Origin: Abditibacterium sp.
GTDB lineage: Bacteria; Armatimonadota; Abditibacteriia; Abditibacteriales; Abditibacteriaceae
NCBI GenBank assembly: GCA_965246885.1
Contig: OZ251992.1
Coordinates: 2,272,001 to 2,336,000, forward strand
Direction of reading: 5' to 3'
Length of the DNA: 64,000 nt
Below, one piece after another: positions 30,181 through 40,500 of the stretch; positions within the stretch are counted from its first letter, which is position 1; each line of letters starts with the position of its first letter. Both the position numbers and the translations under genes were made by a program. The notes below the pieces were generated by a model that was given only the letters and a program-made list of their open reading frames with translations, did no database searches and was not told the origin of the DNA.

Positions 30181-30285
30181 AGCGACTGAAGTCGCAGCCA
30201 GCGAGGTCTTCGGCCTTCGCCGACGGGGTTCCAGTTCATGCGTCGGCGAAGGCCGAAGACCTCGCTGGCTGCGACTTCAGTCGCT
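30181..30285. repeat. REP-like 45-bp perfect palindrome (GCGACTRAAGTCGC family)
   Basis: 30181-30225 is the exact reverse complement of 30241-30285; 15-nt loop; between convergent genes. Confidence 0.92.
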
Positions 30286-30294
30286 CACTACCCA

Positions 30295-30927
30295 TCATAG
30301 CCCCCTCGCCATCTTCCCCAACTCCACATACGCGTTGGAAAGGGCGTCGCGCCGCAGGAACTGCGGCTTCCCGTCGGGGCGCCCGATGAAAGGCCGCAAG
30401 CTCCAGCCCGTCTGGATGGCCACAAACGCCCACAACGCGAAGCCCCAAGACAAAAGCAGGCGCAGCTTTTTATCCGCGCGCAGTTGCGGAGCGAGCGTCG
30501 CTTTGGCGCGTGAGGCCGCGACCAGCGCCGCGAACATCCACAAGGCCATGCTCGCCCCAAGCGCCCCGCGATACGAGGCGCCCGAAGCGTACAGCAACGG
30601 CAAGACGGGCGCCAGCGCCGCCAATAGTGCCGCGAACGCCACTTGCACACTCAGCAGTTCCCGCGTGACGCCCGCGAACTCATCCGCAATGCCGAGCAGC
30701 AAGCTCAATACGCGCAGAATCGGAAAACAGAGCGCGCCCGCCAACCCCAACAGAAGCGGCACTTTGAGCGCGCCCCACACGATGAACCACGCGGAGCCGC
30801 CGTTCCACAGCGCGTAACTGCCCATCAGCGCCCCTTGAAACGCGCCCGCCGCGACGATGAGCAAGAGCGCCGTTCGCCCTTCACTCGCGGGCGACAGGGA
30901 GCGGCGGAATTGGAGATCGAGGTTCAT
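30295..30927 (-). CDS. Hypothetical membrane protein, paralog of the upstream gene
   Basis: About 5 TM segments; KVP-L and Q-x-x-W-x-LRPF motifs. Confidence 0.75.
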   Translation of the reverse strand: MNLDLQFRRSLSPASEGRTALLLIVAAGAFQGALMGSYALWNGGSAWFIVWGALKVPLLLGLAGALCFPILRVLSLLLGIADEFAGVTRELLSVQVAFAALLAALAPVLPLLYASGASYRGALGASMALWMFAALVAASRAKATLAPQLRADKKLRLLLSWGFALWAFVAIQTGWSLRPFIGRPDGKPQFLRRDALSNAYVELGKMARGL

Positions 30928-30939
30928 GGGCGGCGCCTC

Positions 30940-31746
30940 TTACCCTCCCAACACCCGCCCGATCTGGTGAAACACCGCCGCGTAGAAGTTCGACTCGCGT
31001 GGCGCGAACAGCATGAACTGCTTTCCGGGCGCCGACACGAACGGGCGCAAGACCCACGACATCTGCATCCCGACAAGCGCGAACGCCACCACCCAAAACG
31101 CGAAGACTTGCCTAACGCTCCGACTGGTCGGGCGCTCCAAGCGGTCGAGCGGGCCGGGTTCGCGCCCCGGCAGCGTCTTGATCTGGGTCTGCGCGGCGTC
31201 GAATGTCGCCTCGCGCTCATACAATACGCTCGTCAGTCGGTGGAGCGTGCCCACCAAGAACTTCAGCCCCAGAAATCCCGACAATCCGAACACCGCGACG
31301 TTGAGCAGGAGGATAAACGGGTAGTTGTCCGTCGAAAGCGAGAAGAACGCCACGACGGGGCCAAGCGACGCCAGCACCGTCATCATCACTGCGAGCGTCG
31401 AAACCATCAAGCGCCACAGCGCGCCCAGAGAGAGGCGCGAGCCGACAAGCGCGTTGAACACATATAAGGATGGGAACGAGACAACTAACGTCGCAAAGAA
31501 CAAGACCGGGACTTTGCCCATCGAAGCGAGCGTCTGCGCGAGGGAGTCGTGAAAGGGCTTGTTGGTGAGCGCAAAGCAGCCCATGCACAGCCCGTAAATG
31601 GCGCCCAAGCCGATGAGGAGCGGCGGCAAGCGCGCCGCCTCGATTTCGATGTCGCCGCGCGTGAGCGCGCTCAAGGTTGTCGCCTCGCCGCGCAGAAGGC
31701 GGTCGAGGTCTTTCCAAACACCCGGACGAAGTTGTGGTTGTGTCAT
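30940..31746 (-). CDS. Hypothetical membrane protein
   Basis: About 5 TM segments; KVPVLF, FPSLYVFN, QMSWVLRPF. Confidence 0.8.
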   Translation of the reverse strand: MTQPQLRPGVWKDLDRLLRGEATTLSALTRGDIEIEAARLPPLLIGLGAIYGLCMGCFALTNKPFHDSLAQTLASMGKVPVLFFATLVVSFPSLYVFNALVGSRLSLGALWRLMVSTLAVMMTVLASLGPVVAFFSLSTDNYPFILLLNVAVFGLSGFLGLKFLVGTLHRLTSVLYEREATFDAAQTQIKTLPGREPGPLDRLERPTSRSVRQVFAFWVVAFALVGMQMSWVLRPFVSAPGKQFMLFAPRESNFYAAVFHQIGRVLGG

Positions 31747-31861
31747 GGTTTATCCACCGCACAATTTCCCCGACTTCGCCCCCACCCTGCCGCGACTCAA
31801 GCCGCGCTCTACACGCACCTGAGTGCGCGCGCCGTTATCCCTTCCGCGCGAAACTTGTCCC

Positions 31862-32599
31862 ATGATTTCATTGCTTCTGGTAGAAGACAACGCGCGCTTG
31901 CGCCCTGCGCTACGGGCCGGACTCGATGCAACGGGAGAAACGCGCGTGTGCGGCGAGTCGGCGTCGGGCGAAGAAGCGCTTCGCCTCGCGCTGGACGCGG
32001 GGCGGCCCGACTGCGTGTTGATGGACGTGCAACTGGCGGGCGCGTGGAACGGTATCGAAGCCGCCGTCGCCCTGCGCCGCGAGTTCCCCCGCTTGCCGGT
32101 CGTGTTTTATTCCATTCAAGACGACGACGCGCCCTACCGCGCTTTCCGCAAGTCCGGCATCCTGTCGCACTACGCCTACGTGCGCAAGTCCAACTACTTG
32201 CTGCCCGAACTTATCGTGCCGCTTCTGCGCGATGCCGTCGCGGGCCGCTCGTTCATTGACCCCGACATCGAGGCCCGCGTCCACGAAGTCGCGCGCCGCG
32301 ACGACGACTCGCCGATGTCGTGGCTCGAACCCAACGAGCGCGAAGTTGCCCGCCTCCTTGCGCGCGGCCATACCAACGAACAAATCGCCGCTCAGATGGG
32401 CTTCAAAGATAAGCGCACCATCGCCCGCGTCAACGGCCAAATCTACGCTTCTTGGGGGTTGAACGATTCCCATACCGACGAAAAAGTCGCCCGCCTGCGC
32501 GCTGCCCTCATCTTCCGCGCCGGAAGATTGCTCGAATGGGACGCCGATGGCATCCCCCGCGCCCAAAACGACGACGGAAAGTGGGTCGAGTGGGAGTGA
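31862..32599 (+). CDS. NarL/LuxR-type response regulator
   Basis: LLVEDN, DCVLMDVQL receiver; EREVARLLARGHTNEQIA HTH. Confidence 0.9.
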   Translation: MISLLLVEDNARLRPALRAGLDATGETRVCGESASGEEALRLALDAGRPDCVLMDVQLAGAWNGIEAAVALRREFPRLPVVFYSIQDDDAPYRAFRKSGILSHYAYVRKSNYLLPELIVPLLRDAVAGRSFIDPDIEARVHEVARRDDDSPMSWLEPNEREVARLLARGHTNEQIAAQMGFKDKRTIARVNGQIYASWGLNDSHTDEKVARLRAALIFRAGRLLEWDADGIPRAQNDDGKWVEWE

Positions 32600-32608
32600 C
32601 GGTTCTTG

Positions 32609-32716
32609 CTTTAGCCACAGATGGACACGGAGAACACAGATGACCTTGGATAGGAATCCAAGATTTACTCATCCGGTGGTTTTATCCGTGTTTTCCGTGT
32701 CCATCTGTGGCTAAAG
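32609..32716. repeat. REP-like palindrome (CCACAGATGGACACGG family)
   Basis: 33-nt arms 32609-32641 / 32684-32716 with two mismatches; inner cttggat..atccaag hairpin. Confidence 0.85.
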
Positions 32717-32722
32717 ATATAT

Positions 32723-34819
32723 ATGCTTCCTCATTTGTGGGCCGACACGCTGCGGCCTTGGGCACAGTATGCTGTCTCCATCTTCAATTTCCTGCTGCTT
32801 TTGTGGCTGGGGTTGACGGTCTTCCTCAACGCGCGCGAGCGGTCGTGGGGCACCTACTTGGCGGGCACCGGCCTCTTAGTGGGCGCCGTATTTTTCGCGT
32901 GCCACACGGTCGCGCTCGATTATTCCCTCGATACTCTCTTGGAAAAGTCCCCCGGATGGTGGGCGATTTTGTCGTGGCCCGTCGTGGCGCTCCCCTTGGG
33001 GTGGCTGCTGCTCATGGTTTGGCACTGCGGCGCCTTGCGGCCCGGTGCGGCCTTGAAACGCAAGATGACGCTGGCGCTGTGCGCTTGCATCTTCGGCGCC
33101 GGGGCGCTCGTGGGCCTTTCCTTATTAGGAGCGCCGCACGGGCGCTGGACGCCCTTTGGCCTCGATGAGCGCGGACACGAGCGCGCATTTTGGGCGATTC
33201 GCGCCTTGTTGCTGCTGTATCCCTTCTTTCTTGTCGTCTGCACCGGCGCGAGTTTGATCGCCGTCGCCGCGCCGGTCGAGACGACTTCATGGCGCCGACA
33301 GGAAGCTGTCCGTCGCGCGCGGCCCCTCTTGCTGGCTTCGTCGCTGTGCCAATTTCTGGTGTCGCTTGGCGTCGGGTGGGCGTTGGTTTCGATGGGGACG
33401 GGCGACATCGTATCCGGCGGCTACGCGCTGCTCAACTTGACGGGTCAAGTTGCGGGCTGGATAGATAACGCCGACCTCTCTCTGATCCTCGCCATAGGCG
33501 TTTCGGTCTTGCTTTTCGGCAAAGCCGTCGTCTCGTTCGAGATTTTCACTGAGAAAATCCTCCCCCGGCGCGGCGTTTTATCGCAGTGGCGCGCGGTTGT
33601 TTCCTTTGCCGCCATCTACGCCCTCATGATTGGCGGCGCGTGGGGCTTGGAGTGGAAGCCCATTTTCCCCCTCCTTTTGTCCAGCGCGTGCGTGAGCGTG
33701 TTCTTGGCCCTGTTCGCGTGGCGCGCTCTTGCGGAGCGTGACCGCGAACTCTCGCGGTTGCGCGCTTTCGTATCGAGCGGGCACTGGCTTGAAGGCTTGG
33801 TCGCGGGCCGCGAAGCCGAGTTGGAGCGCGCCGTCTCGTCGCCGCTCGAAACGCTGTGCGTCGCCCTGATTGGCGCTTCGCGCGCCGCGCTTATCCCCTC
33901 GCCCGCTCTCGCGCCCCTGTTTGGCAGGGCGCGCACCTTCCCGCCACTTCTGCCCTTCGACGCGGCTTGGAACACCCTTGAAACGCGCGGCGAAAACGTG
34001 CGCGCCCTCAACGGCGAAGGCGGCTGGATTTTGGCCGCCAAGCTCGGTGACAAGCGCGAAGTGGGCGTGCTACTGCTGGGCGAGCGACGCGACGGCGCAC
34101 TTTATACAGTTGAGGAAATCGAACTCGCACGGGCAACGGGTGCCTACCTATTGGACATCGGGGCCGCAGGCGCGCTTGCGGGGAGATTGCGCACGCTCCA
34201 AAACCAGAAGTTAGCGGAGATTGCCGCCCTCGACCGAAGCGCGAAGCGGCGCTTGCACGACGACATTCTGCCCCTGTTGCACGGCGCGCTTTTAAGTTGG
34301 AACACGCCCGATTCCGACGCGCGCGACCTCATTTCCCAAGCGCACCGCGATATTTCCGCCTTGCTCCGCGAGCTTCCCACCGGCCAAAGCGCGCCTCCCG
34401 ACGCCCTCCTTGCACTTCGCCGCGAACTGGACACGGAACTGGCGGGCTCTTTCGACACCGCTTCATTTCACGCCGACGACGACGCGCACCAAGCGGCGAT
34501 TTCCCTTGCTCCGTCGCTGTCGCAGACAGTCTTTTTCGCCGCGCGCGAAGCGCTTCGCAACAGTGCCCGCCACGCGCGGGGGAACGATTCGAGTCGCCCA
34601 TTGCACGTCGAAGTCCGCGCCCATACCCAGTTCAATCGCTTGGAAATCGAAGTCGCCGATGACGGCATCGGCTCGGCTTCCGCGCCAATCAAAGCCGACA
34701 CAAGCGGCGCCGGATTAGGATTGCACGCCGCCCTGTTAGCCATTGCGGGCGGAGAACTCGCCGTCGAACGCAGCGCAAGCGGCACCCTCGTCACCATCTC
34801 CGTGCCAACGACCATATGA
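32723..34819 (+). CDS. Multi-TM sensor histidine kinase (HisKA_3-like)
   Basis: About 9 TM segments; RRLHDD H-box; REALRNSARHA N-box; DDGIG and GAGLG G-boxes. Confidence 0.85.
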   Translation: MLPHLWADTLRPWAQYAVSIFNFLLLLWLGLTVFLNARERSWGTYLAGTGLLVGAVFFACHTVALDYSLDTLLEKSPGWWAILSWPVVALPLGWLLLMVWHCGALRPGAALKRKMTLALCACIFGAGALVGLSLLGAPHGRWTPFGLDERGHERAFWAIRALLLLYPFFLVVCTGASLIAVAAPVETTSWRRQEAVRRARPLLLASSLCQFLVSLGVGWALVSMGTGDIVSGGYALLNLTGQVAGWIDNADLSLILAIGVSVLLFGKAVVSFEIFTEKILPRRGVLSQWRAVVSFAAIYALMIGGAWGLEWKPIFPLLLSSACVSVFLALFAWRALAERDRELSRLRAFVSSGHWLEGLVAGREAELERAVSSPLETLCVALIGASRAALIPSPALAPLFGRARTFPPLLPFDAAWNTLETRGENVRALNGEGGWILAAKLGDKREVGVLLLGERRDGALYTVEEIELARATGAYLLDIGAAGALAGRLRTLQNQKLAEIAALDRSAKRRLHDDILPLLHGALLSWNTPDSDARDLISQAHRDISALLRELPTGQSAPPDALLALRRELDTELAGSFDTASFHADDDAHQAAISLAPSLSQTVFFAAREALRNSARHARGNDSSRPLHVEVRAHTQFNRLEIEVADDGIGSASAPIKADTSGAGLGLHAALLAIAGGELAVERSASGTLVTISVPTTI

Positions 34820-34846
34820 GACGGCGCACCTCTCACACTACTCCCC

Positions 34847-35233
34847 ATGATTGAACCCGACCTCCAGTTCTCCATTCTGTGCGACCAAGTGCGCCGCGAA
34901 GACAACGGCAAGTGGATTCTGCTCGGCTTGTTCGAGCAAATCGCCGTCGCGCACTTTCCGACTCAGCACGGCGCTTTGTGCATCCTTAATAAGTGGATTC
35001 GCGGCGAAGGCAATTGGACGCAGCAAACCCGCTTTGTGGACGAAAACGACCTCGTGCTTCTTTCCAGCGAGGACATCGCTTTCACCCTTCCCGAACTGGA
35101 TTCCAACTTCATGGCCATCCAAGCCTTCGCCGGGTTGCCGTTGGAGCGTGCCGGGAAGATTTGGGTCGAGGTCTTCCTCAACGCCGAACTCAAACAGCGC
35201 TACCCGCTCAGCGTCAGCCAATTGGGGCCGTAG
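34847..35233 (+). CDS. Small beta-rich protein (DUF6941-like)
   Basis: ILCDQVRREDNGKWILLGLFEQI and G-x-W-VEV-LN pattern. Confidence 0.65.
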   Translation: MIEPDLQFSILCDQVRREDNGKWILLGLFEQIAVAHFPTQHGALCILNKWIRGEGNWTQQTRFVDENDLVLLSSEDIAFTLPELDSNFMAIQAFAGLPLERAGKIWVEVFLNAELKQRYPLSVSQLGP

Positions 35234-35250
35234 AACGACGCACGCCGCCG

Positions 35251-35397
35251 CATGATTACCTCCCCGCACGCCATGAATTCCTCCCCGCACGCCATGAATT
35301 CCTCCCCGCGTGGCGTAAATTCCTCCCCGCGTGGCGCGAGGGACGTCCGCCACTTAATAGCGGACGTCCGTCATCCCATGATTTCCGTCCGCGAACT
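35251..35397 (+). repeat. 21-nt tandem array (family B), decaying into the carboxypeptidase 3' end
   Basis: catgattacctccccgcacgc / catgaattcctccccgcacgc / catgaattcctccccgcgtgg / cgtaaattcctccccgcgtgg, then three degenerate in-phase units. Confidence 0.88.
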
Positions 35398-36895
35398 TCT
35401 CGCGCAGATACGTCAAGTAAGGCGCCAGTTCGAGCGGTCGCCCCGTTGCCGATACCACCAAGTCGCGCGGCAAAACGCCCGCGCCAAAGCGATGAACATG
35501 CGCCGTTAGCCACTCGCGGAGCGGCGCATACTCGCCGCGCCGAAACTGTCCGTCGAGGTCGGGTAACTGCGCGCGCGCGGCCTCGAACAGTTGCGCCGCG
35601 AGGATATTGCCGAGCGTATATCCCTGAAACGCGCCGCCAATTGTCCCCGAAAACCAGTGAACATCCTGCAAGCACCCGCGCGCATCGTCGGGCGGCGTCA
35701 ACCCCAAGTCCGACTGGTAGCGCGCGTTCCACGCTTCGGGCAAGTCGCGCACGGCTAACTTGCCTTCGAGCAGTTCCAACTCTAAGTCGAAGCGGATAAG
35801 GACGTGTAAGTTGTAGGTTAGCTCGTCGGATTCCGTCCGAATCAGGGACTTTTGCACGCGGTTAACCGCCGCGACGAACTCACGTTGCGACGTATCGCGC
35901 AGTCCGGGGAACTGGGCCTGCGCGCGCGGAAACCAGAAGTCCCAAAACGCATCGGAGCGCCCGACGAGGTTTTCCCACAAGCGCGACTGCGATTCGTGAA
36001 CGCCCGACGACGTGCCGTTATCGAGCGGCGTGCGCCCAAAGCGCGGCGCGATGTTTTGTTCATACAAAGCGTGTCCGGCTTCATGGAGCGCCGAGAAAAA
36101 CAGTTCTCCGAACTCGTCCTCGTCGCCGCGCACGGTGATTCGCACGTCGTCCGGCGCGAACTTGGTCATGAACGGGTGCGCGGAAAAGTCCATCCGCCCG
36201 CGCGAAAAGTCGTAGCCAACGGCGCGGATGGCCTCGCACGCAAAGTCGCGTTGCGCGTCGAGCGCGAAATGCCCCCGCAACGGCGCGACCGAGGCGTTCT
36301 CGCGCGCCGTCACTTCGCGCACGAGCGGCACGAGCGCTTCCCGAAGCGGCGCGAAAACGGCGCGAATCGAAGCGACGGACTCGCCCGGATCGCTCCCGTC
36401 AATCAGCGAATCGGCGATGTGCTCATGCGGAAAGAACCCGGCGTATTCGCGCGAATAATCGAGCGTGCGCTCCAATAATGGCGCGACGCGCGCGAAGTCG
36501 GAGTTCCCTTTCGCGTCTTCCCACGCGCTGTAAATCTGGGCGCAGTGCGCCGCAAAGCGCGCCTCGAACTCGGACGGCACGCGCGTGGCGCGCTCGTAAT
36601 CGCGCTTGGTCGTCGCCAACAAACGCACGGGGAAATCATCCCCGACTGCGTTCTGCTCGCCCGCGAATTCGGCGCACCCGTCCAATAATTCCCCCACGCG
36701 CGGCGCGACGAACTTCTCATGCGCGAGTTTGGAAAGCGTGCCCAACATCTGCCCGCGCCCCGCCGAAGCGCCACCCGGCAACAGCGTCGCTTGATCCCAG
36801 TGCGCAAGCGCGCCCGCCCCGCGCAAGTCAGCGACTTCGCCCAACCGCTCCAGTAATTCGCCCCAAGCAGGCGGCCCTTTGGCTTCGGTTTGCAT
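35354..36895 (-). CDS. Carboxypeptidase Taq, M32 family; start reassigned to 36895
   Basis: HPF, DVRIT, HEAGH, HESQS, IRTESDE, GCLQDVHW. Confidence 0.95.
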   Translation of the reverse strand: MQTEAKGPPAWGELLERLGEVADLRGAGALAHWDQATLLPGGASAGRGQMLGTLSKLAHEKFVAPRVGELLDGCAEFAGEQNAVGDDFPVRLLATTKRDYERATRVPSEFEARFAAHCAQIYSAWEDAKGNSDFARVAPLLERTLDYSREYAGFFPHEHIADSLIDGSDPGESVASIRAVFAPLREALVPLVREVTARENASVAPLRGHFALDAQRDFACEAIRAVGYDFSRGRMDFSAHPFMTKFAPDDVRITVRGDEDEFGELFFSALHEAGHALYEQNIAPRFGRTPLDNGTSSGVHESQSRLWENLVGRSDAFWDFWFPRAQAQFPGLRDTSQREFVAAVNRVQKSLIRTESDELTYNLHVLIRFDLELELLEGKLAVRDLPEAWNARYQSDLGLTPPDDARGCLQDVHWFSGTIGGAFQGYTLGNILAAQLFEAARAQLPDLDGQFRRGEYAPLREWLTAHVHRFGAGVLPRDLVVSATGRPLELAPYLTYLREKFADGNHGMTDVRY

Positions 36896-36911
36896 GAAGA
36901 AGACAGTGTAA

Positions 36912-37139
36912 GACGCCGCCAACTTCCTGATTTCCGCCGCCAACTTCGTCCGTTACGCCGTCAACTTCCTCGTTTATGACAAAACATTGGTCGCGTATGA
37001 CAAAATGTTCCTCGGTTACGCCGTCAACTTCCTCATTTATGACAAAACGTTCCTCGTTTATGACAAATACTTCCTCCGTTACGCCGCCAACTTCCTAATT
37101 TACGCCGTCAACTTCCTGATTTACGACAACTTCGTTCCA
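36912..37139 (+). repeat. Degenerate 21-nt tandem array, family A copy 2 (about 11 units)
   Basis: Same two unit types as 17981-18208; last five units nearly identical; both copies end tacgacaacttcgttcca. Confidence 0.92.
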
Positions 37140-37226
37140 GTTTATTTTGATTTTTTCTTGGCGCCTGTCCAAACGTTCTGTCATTGCGAGTGGATAGAGG
37201 AAAAGTTGCGAACGCACCAAAACGCC

Positions 37227-37359
37227 GCGCGTTGTCATTCCGAGGGGAGCCTTGGCGATCATTGGCGACCAGAGGAATCTATTGGCAGTCGCCCATTTGT
37301 TACCGAACGAAAGGCGGAACAAGATTCCTCTGGTCGCCAAGGCTCCCCTTGGAATGACA
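37227..37359. repeat. REP-like palindrome (GTCATTCCGAGG..GGAATCT family)
   Basis: tgtcattccgaggggagcc..agaggaatct pairs with agattcctct..ggaatgaca; first 24 nt identical to 46141-46164. Confidence 0.85.
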
Positions 37360-37560
37360 GCTTGCAGCTTTCCACACCCTCTCAGGATGACGAAAGGGGC
37401 AGCTTTTTTGGCGCGTTTGCGACTTCCTGCCCCCCTCAACTCCTCGTTGCGGACGCAGTTGCAATTTCCCCTCAAATTCCAGCCCAAACCGGAAAAACTG
37501 CCATTGACAAAGCGCGCCCAATCGGAGACGCTATAACGGCGTTTCGTCGGGCGCCTTTTT

Positions 37561-40500
37561 ATGCGTTTTTCTTCCTTCTTTTGTCGCGTTTTGATGGTGG
37601 CGTTGCTCTTCGGCGCGCACGCGGCACACGCCCAAACCCCGTTCGCCGCGTCGGTGAAGACGCCCCCGACGACTCTGCCACCGCTTGATTTTTCTGGGGC
37701 TACATTCCAAAAACCCGTTACGGTTAAAGTTCCTGTTTCGCTGTCGCCATCGCAAGTGCTGAACATCACCGACTTCAACGTGACGCCCGCGAGTGCAACC
37801 ACTGCTCTGCAAAATTCGATGCAGGTGTATAACGCGGCGGGACAGGTCATCCAAAGCGGAGCCGGGCCGATTAAAGGCGGCGCCGATGCCAATAGCACAC
37901 CCTCTTATGCCACCTTCACTTCTACCACGCCTGCATCGTTGTCAATAAGCACGCGGACGGTAGCGCAAAGGGGTTCCGATAGCATGGTCTCATCGGATCC
38001 AACAAAGGTGGGGCTGATCACAGCCAACGCCTTTTCTCGTTCTGGGACGGTGACTACTCAAGGTACTGGCAATCTAAATCAGTGGGTCGACAACTACTAT
38101 TACTTCGGCGTAATTCGTCTACAAGCAGGAGAGATCTTTACCGTTAAATCGGGAAAAGTATGGGATCCGGGAAACCCTCCATTTATCAACTCATACCGTT
38201 TGTTCCACGTGGAGTTGATTAACACGAAGACGGGCGCCTATGGAGGAGGAACTGGCAACCCCGGCCAACACAACCCTTTAGACGAACGCAGCACTGTAGT
38301 TCCAGCGGATGGCGATTATCAGTTGAGGTTCACAATGACTTCCGGTGGCCCGATAACGTACGCCTATTCCTTCGACTTTGAAACTTCTTTCGCCACTCAA
38401 GCTCCCAATCGCGGAGCGGGTAAGAAAGAGCCAAATAACAAATCAACGGGGATGAATCCTGTATCGGGAGCGACCGAGGGCACATGTTCTGGTTGCGGGC
38501 CGAAAAGTGCTGACCCAGTAGATTTAGCATCTGGACAAGAGAATTACGACCAAAGCCCCGATTTGCCGGTTTACAACCCCAACGGGCCGGATGTGGCGTT
38601 TTCTCGGCATTATTCGACGGAGCGGGCGAAGGCGTTGGGGGCGTCGCCGGGGCTGCCGACCGGGTGGTATCACTCGTATGATGTGCGGTTGGAGTCGAGC
38701 GGCAACGGCGGGAGTTGGGCACCGATGGAGATGGTGTATCCCAATGGGGCGCACGAAACGCTCACGCCGTTGGCGGCTCCCGCCAATGCTGTGTCCGTTT
38801 CGTTCACGGTGCCCAAGGGTTCCAAATATGTGGTGACGGCCTCTCCCGGCCCAACGGCTTACAGTTACGGAACGGCGAGCGTGGTGTGGAGCGACGGCAC
38901 GACGTGGAACTTCCAGCCGCCCGCGCCCGGCTCGAACAAGGCGTTGCTGTCTTCCATCGTGGCGGCAACTTCGACGGCGGCGACGCCGCAGTTTTTGACG
39001 TTCAACTGGGTGGGCGACGACCGCGACGACTACCGATTGGTGGGCGTCAACAACGGGAGCGATTTGAAGCGGTTGCTGTCGCTCCAATATACCGGCAACC
39101 CGGCGGACGGATTTTTGCTGAACGAAATACGCGACTGTTACGGGCGTAGCATCTTTTATTCCAACGGGACACTTGCAGGCACGACAGGCACCGGTGCGAG
39201 CGCCATCACGACGCTCACGGGCGTTTCGATGTTCGCGCCGACGGGCGGCACGGCGAACCAGCACTTCGCTTTTGGCTACACCAACTTCAATGGCGCGCCG
39301 CTTTTGTCGGGCATTACGGTGCCGCATCCCAACGACCCCACTCTCAACACAACGGCGACGGCGACCATCAACTACGACTCGACAACCGGGCGCGTCCTCA
39401 GCGAAGTGGACGGCAACGGCAACACGACGAGCTTTACCTATGGCGCGACCTCGACTACTGTCAAGAAGTTTGGGACGAGCGGCGTTCAGGAAACGCAGTA
39501 CACCGCGCTCTTCGACGCGCAGGGCCGCTCGGTCGGCACAACGGACGCGGCGGGGAACAGCACGGCCATCGCGTATGGCGACACCAACAACCCCGACAAG
39601 CCCACTATTATCCGCGACGCGGCGGGGCGCGTAACAAGCATTACCTACGAGCCGAACGGTTACGGCTTGGTCAAGACCGTTAAAACACCGCGCGGCGTGA
39701 CGACGAACTACCTGTACGATTACAGCGTGTGGGGCTTTGGTTTGTTGGCGCAGACGTACCAAAGCACCGTGATTAACGGAGCGACGGTCAACCGCGCGCC
39801 GACGCAGTTCAGCTACAAACCGGGCTTCGAGCGCGCGGGGTTGGTGTCGCAGATTAGCAGCCCGCACCCCAATTTGGGCATTAGCAACTGGACGGGCGCT
39901 TCGATGGTGTTCACGACGATGCAATACAACGACTATGGCGACGTCACGATGGTAGTGGCGCCCGGTCATGGCTCGTATGCCAACTTGACTACGACGATTA
40001 GCTACACCTCCGACGGGACTTACACCCAAAGCGCCAAACGCGGGCAAGTGGTGAGCGCCACTGATCCTTCAAACCGCACGACGGCGGCGCGTTACGATGC
40101 GCGCGGCAACCGGATTTGGTCGCGCGACGGCTTTGGCGTGGTGACGCAGACAACCTTCGACCTCGCTGACAACGCGATGGGCGTGCAGTTCATGAACACC
40201 GGGCAAAGCGGGACGTATGCGTCGCAGGTGATGCTTCGCTATAACTATTTGGGTGGGATGGTGAAGACGACGGATGTGTTCGATGAGAGCGGCTCCAGCA
40301 CGCCCATCCGCAGCGTGAGCACGACCTTTGACGGTGAAGGGCGGGCGGTTTCGGTGAGTGGCTCGACGGAGCCGTTTTCGGTGAGTTTGAACTCTTTCGA
40401 TGCGCCCAAGAGTTCGACCGATGGCAACGGCAACACCACGACGTATTCGTATGATGCGCGCGGCTTGCCCACGATGGTGGTGAAACCTAACGGCAACACG

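Noticed and set aside
37504..37537. TTGACA...TATAAC as a canonical sigma70 promoter for the Rhs gene
   Set aside because: Spacer is 22 nt, too long; the -10-like box alone may still function.
36987..37688. 233-aa ORF (and 17993-18376, 58766-59164) as normal genes
   Set aside because: They are read-throughs of arrays and REP sequence with weak starts; 36987 and 58766 also overlap real genes. Only the possible heptad peptide is kept as a hypothesis.
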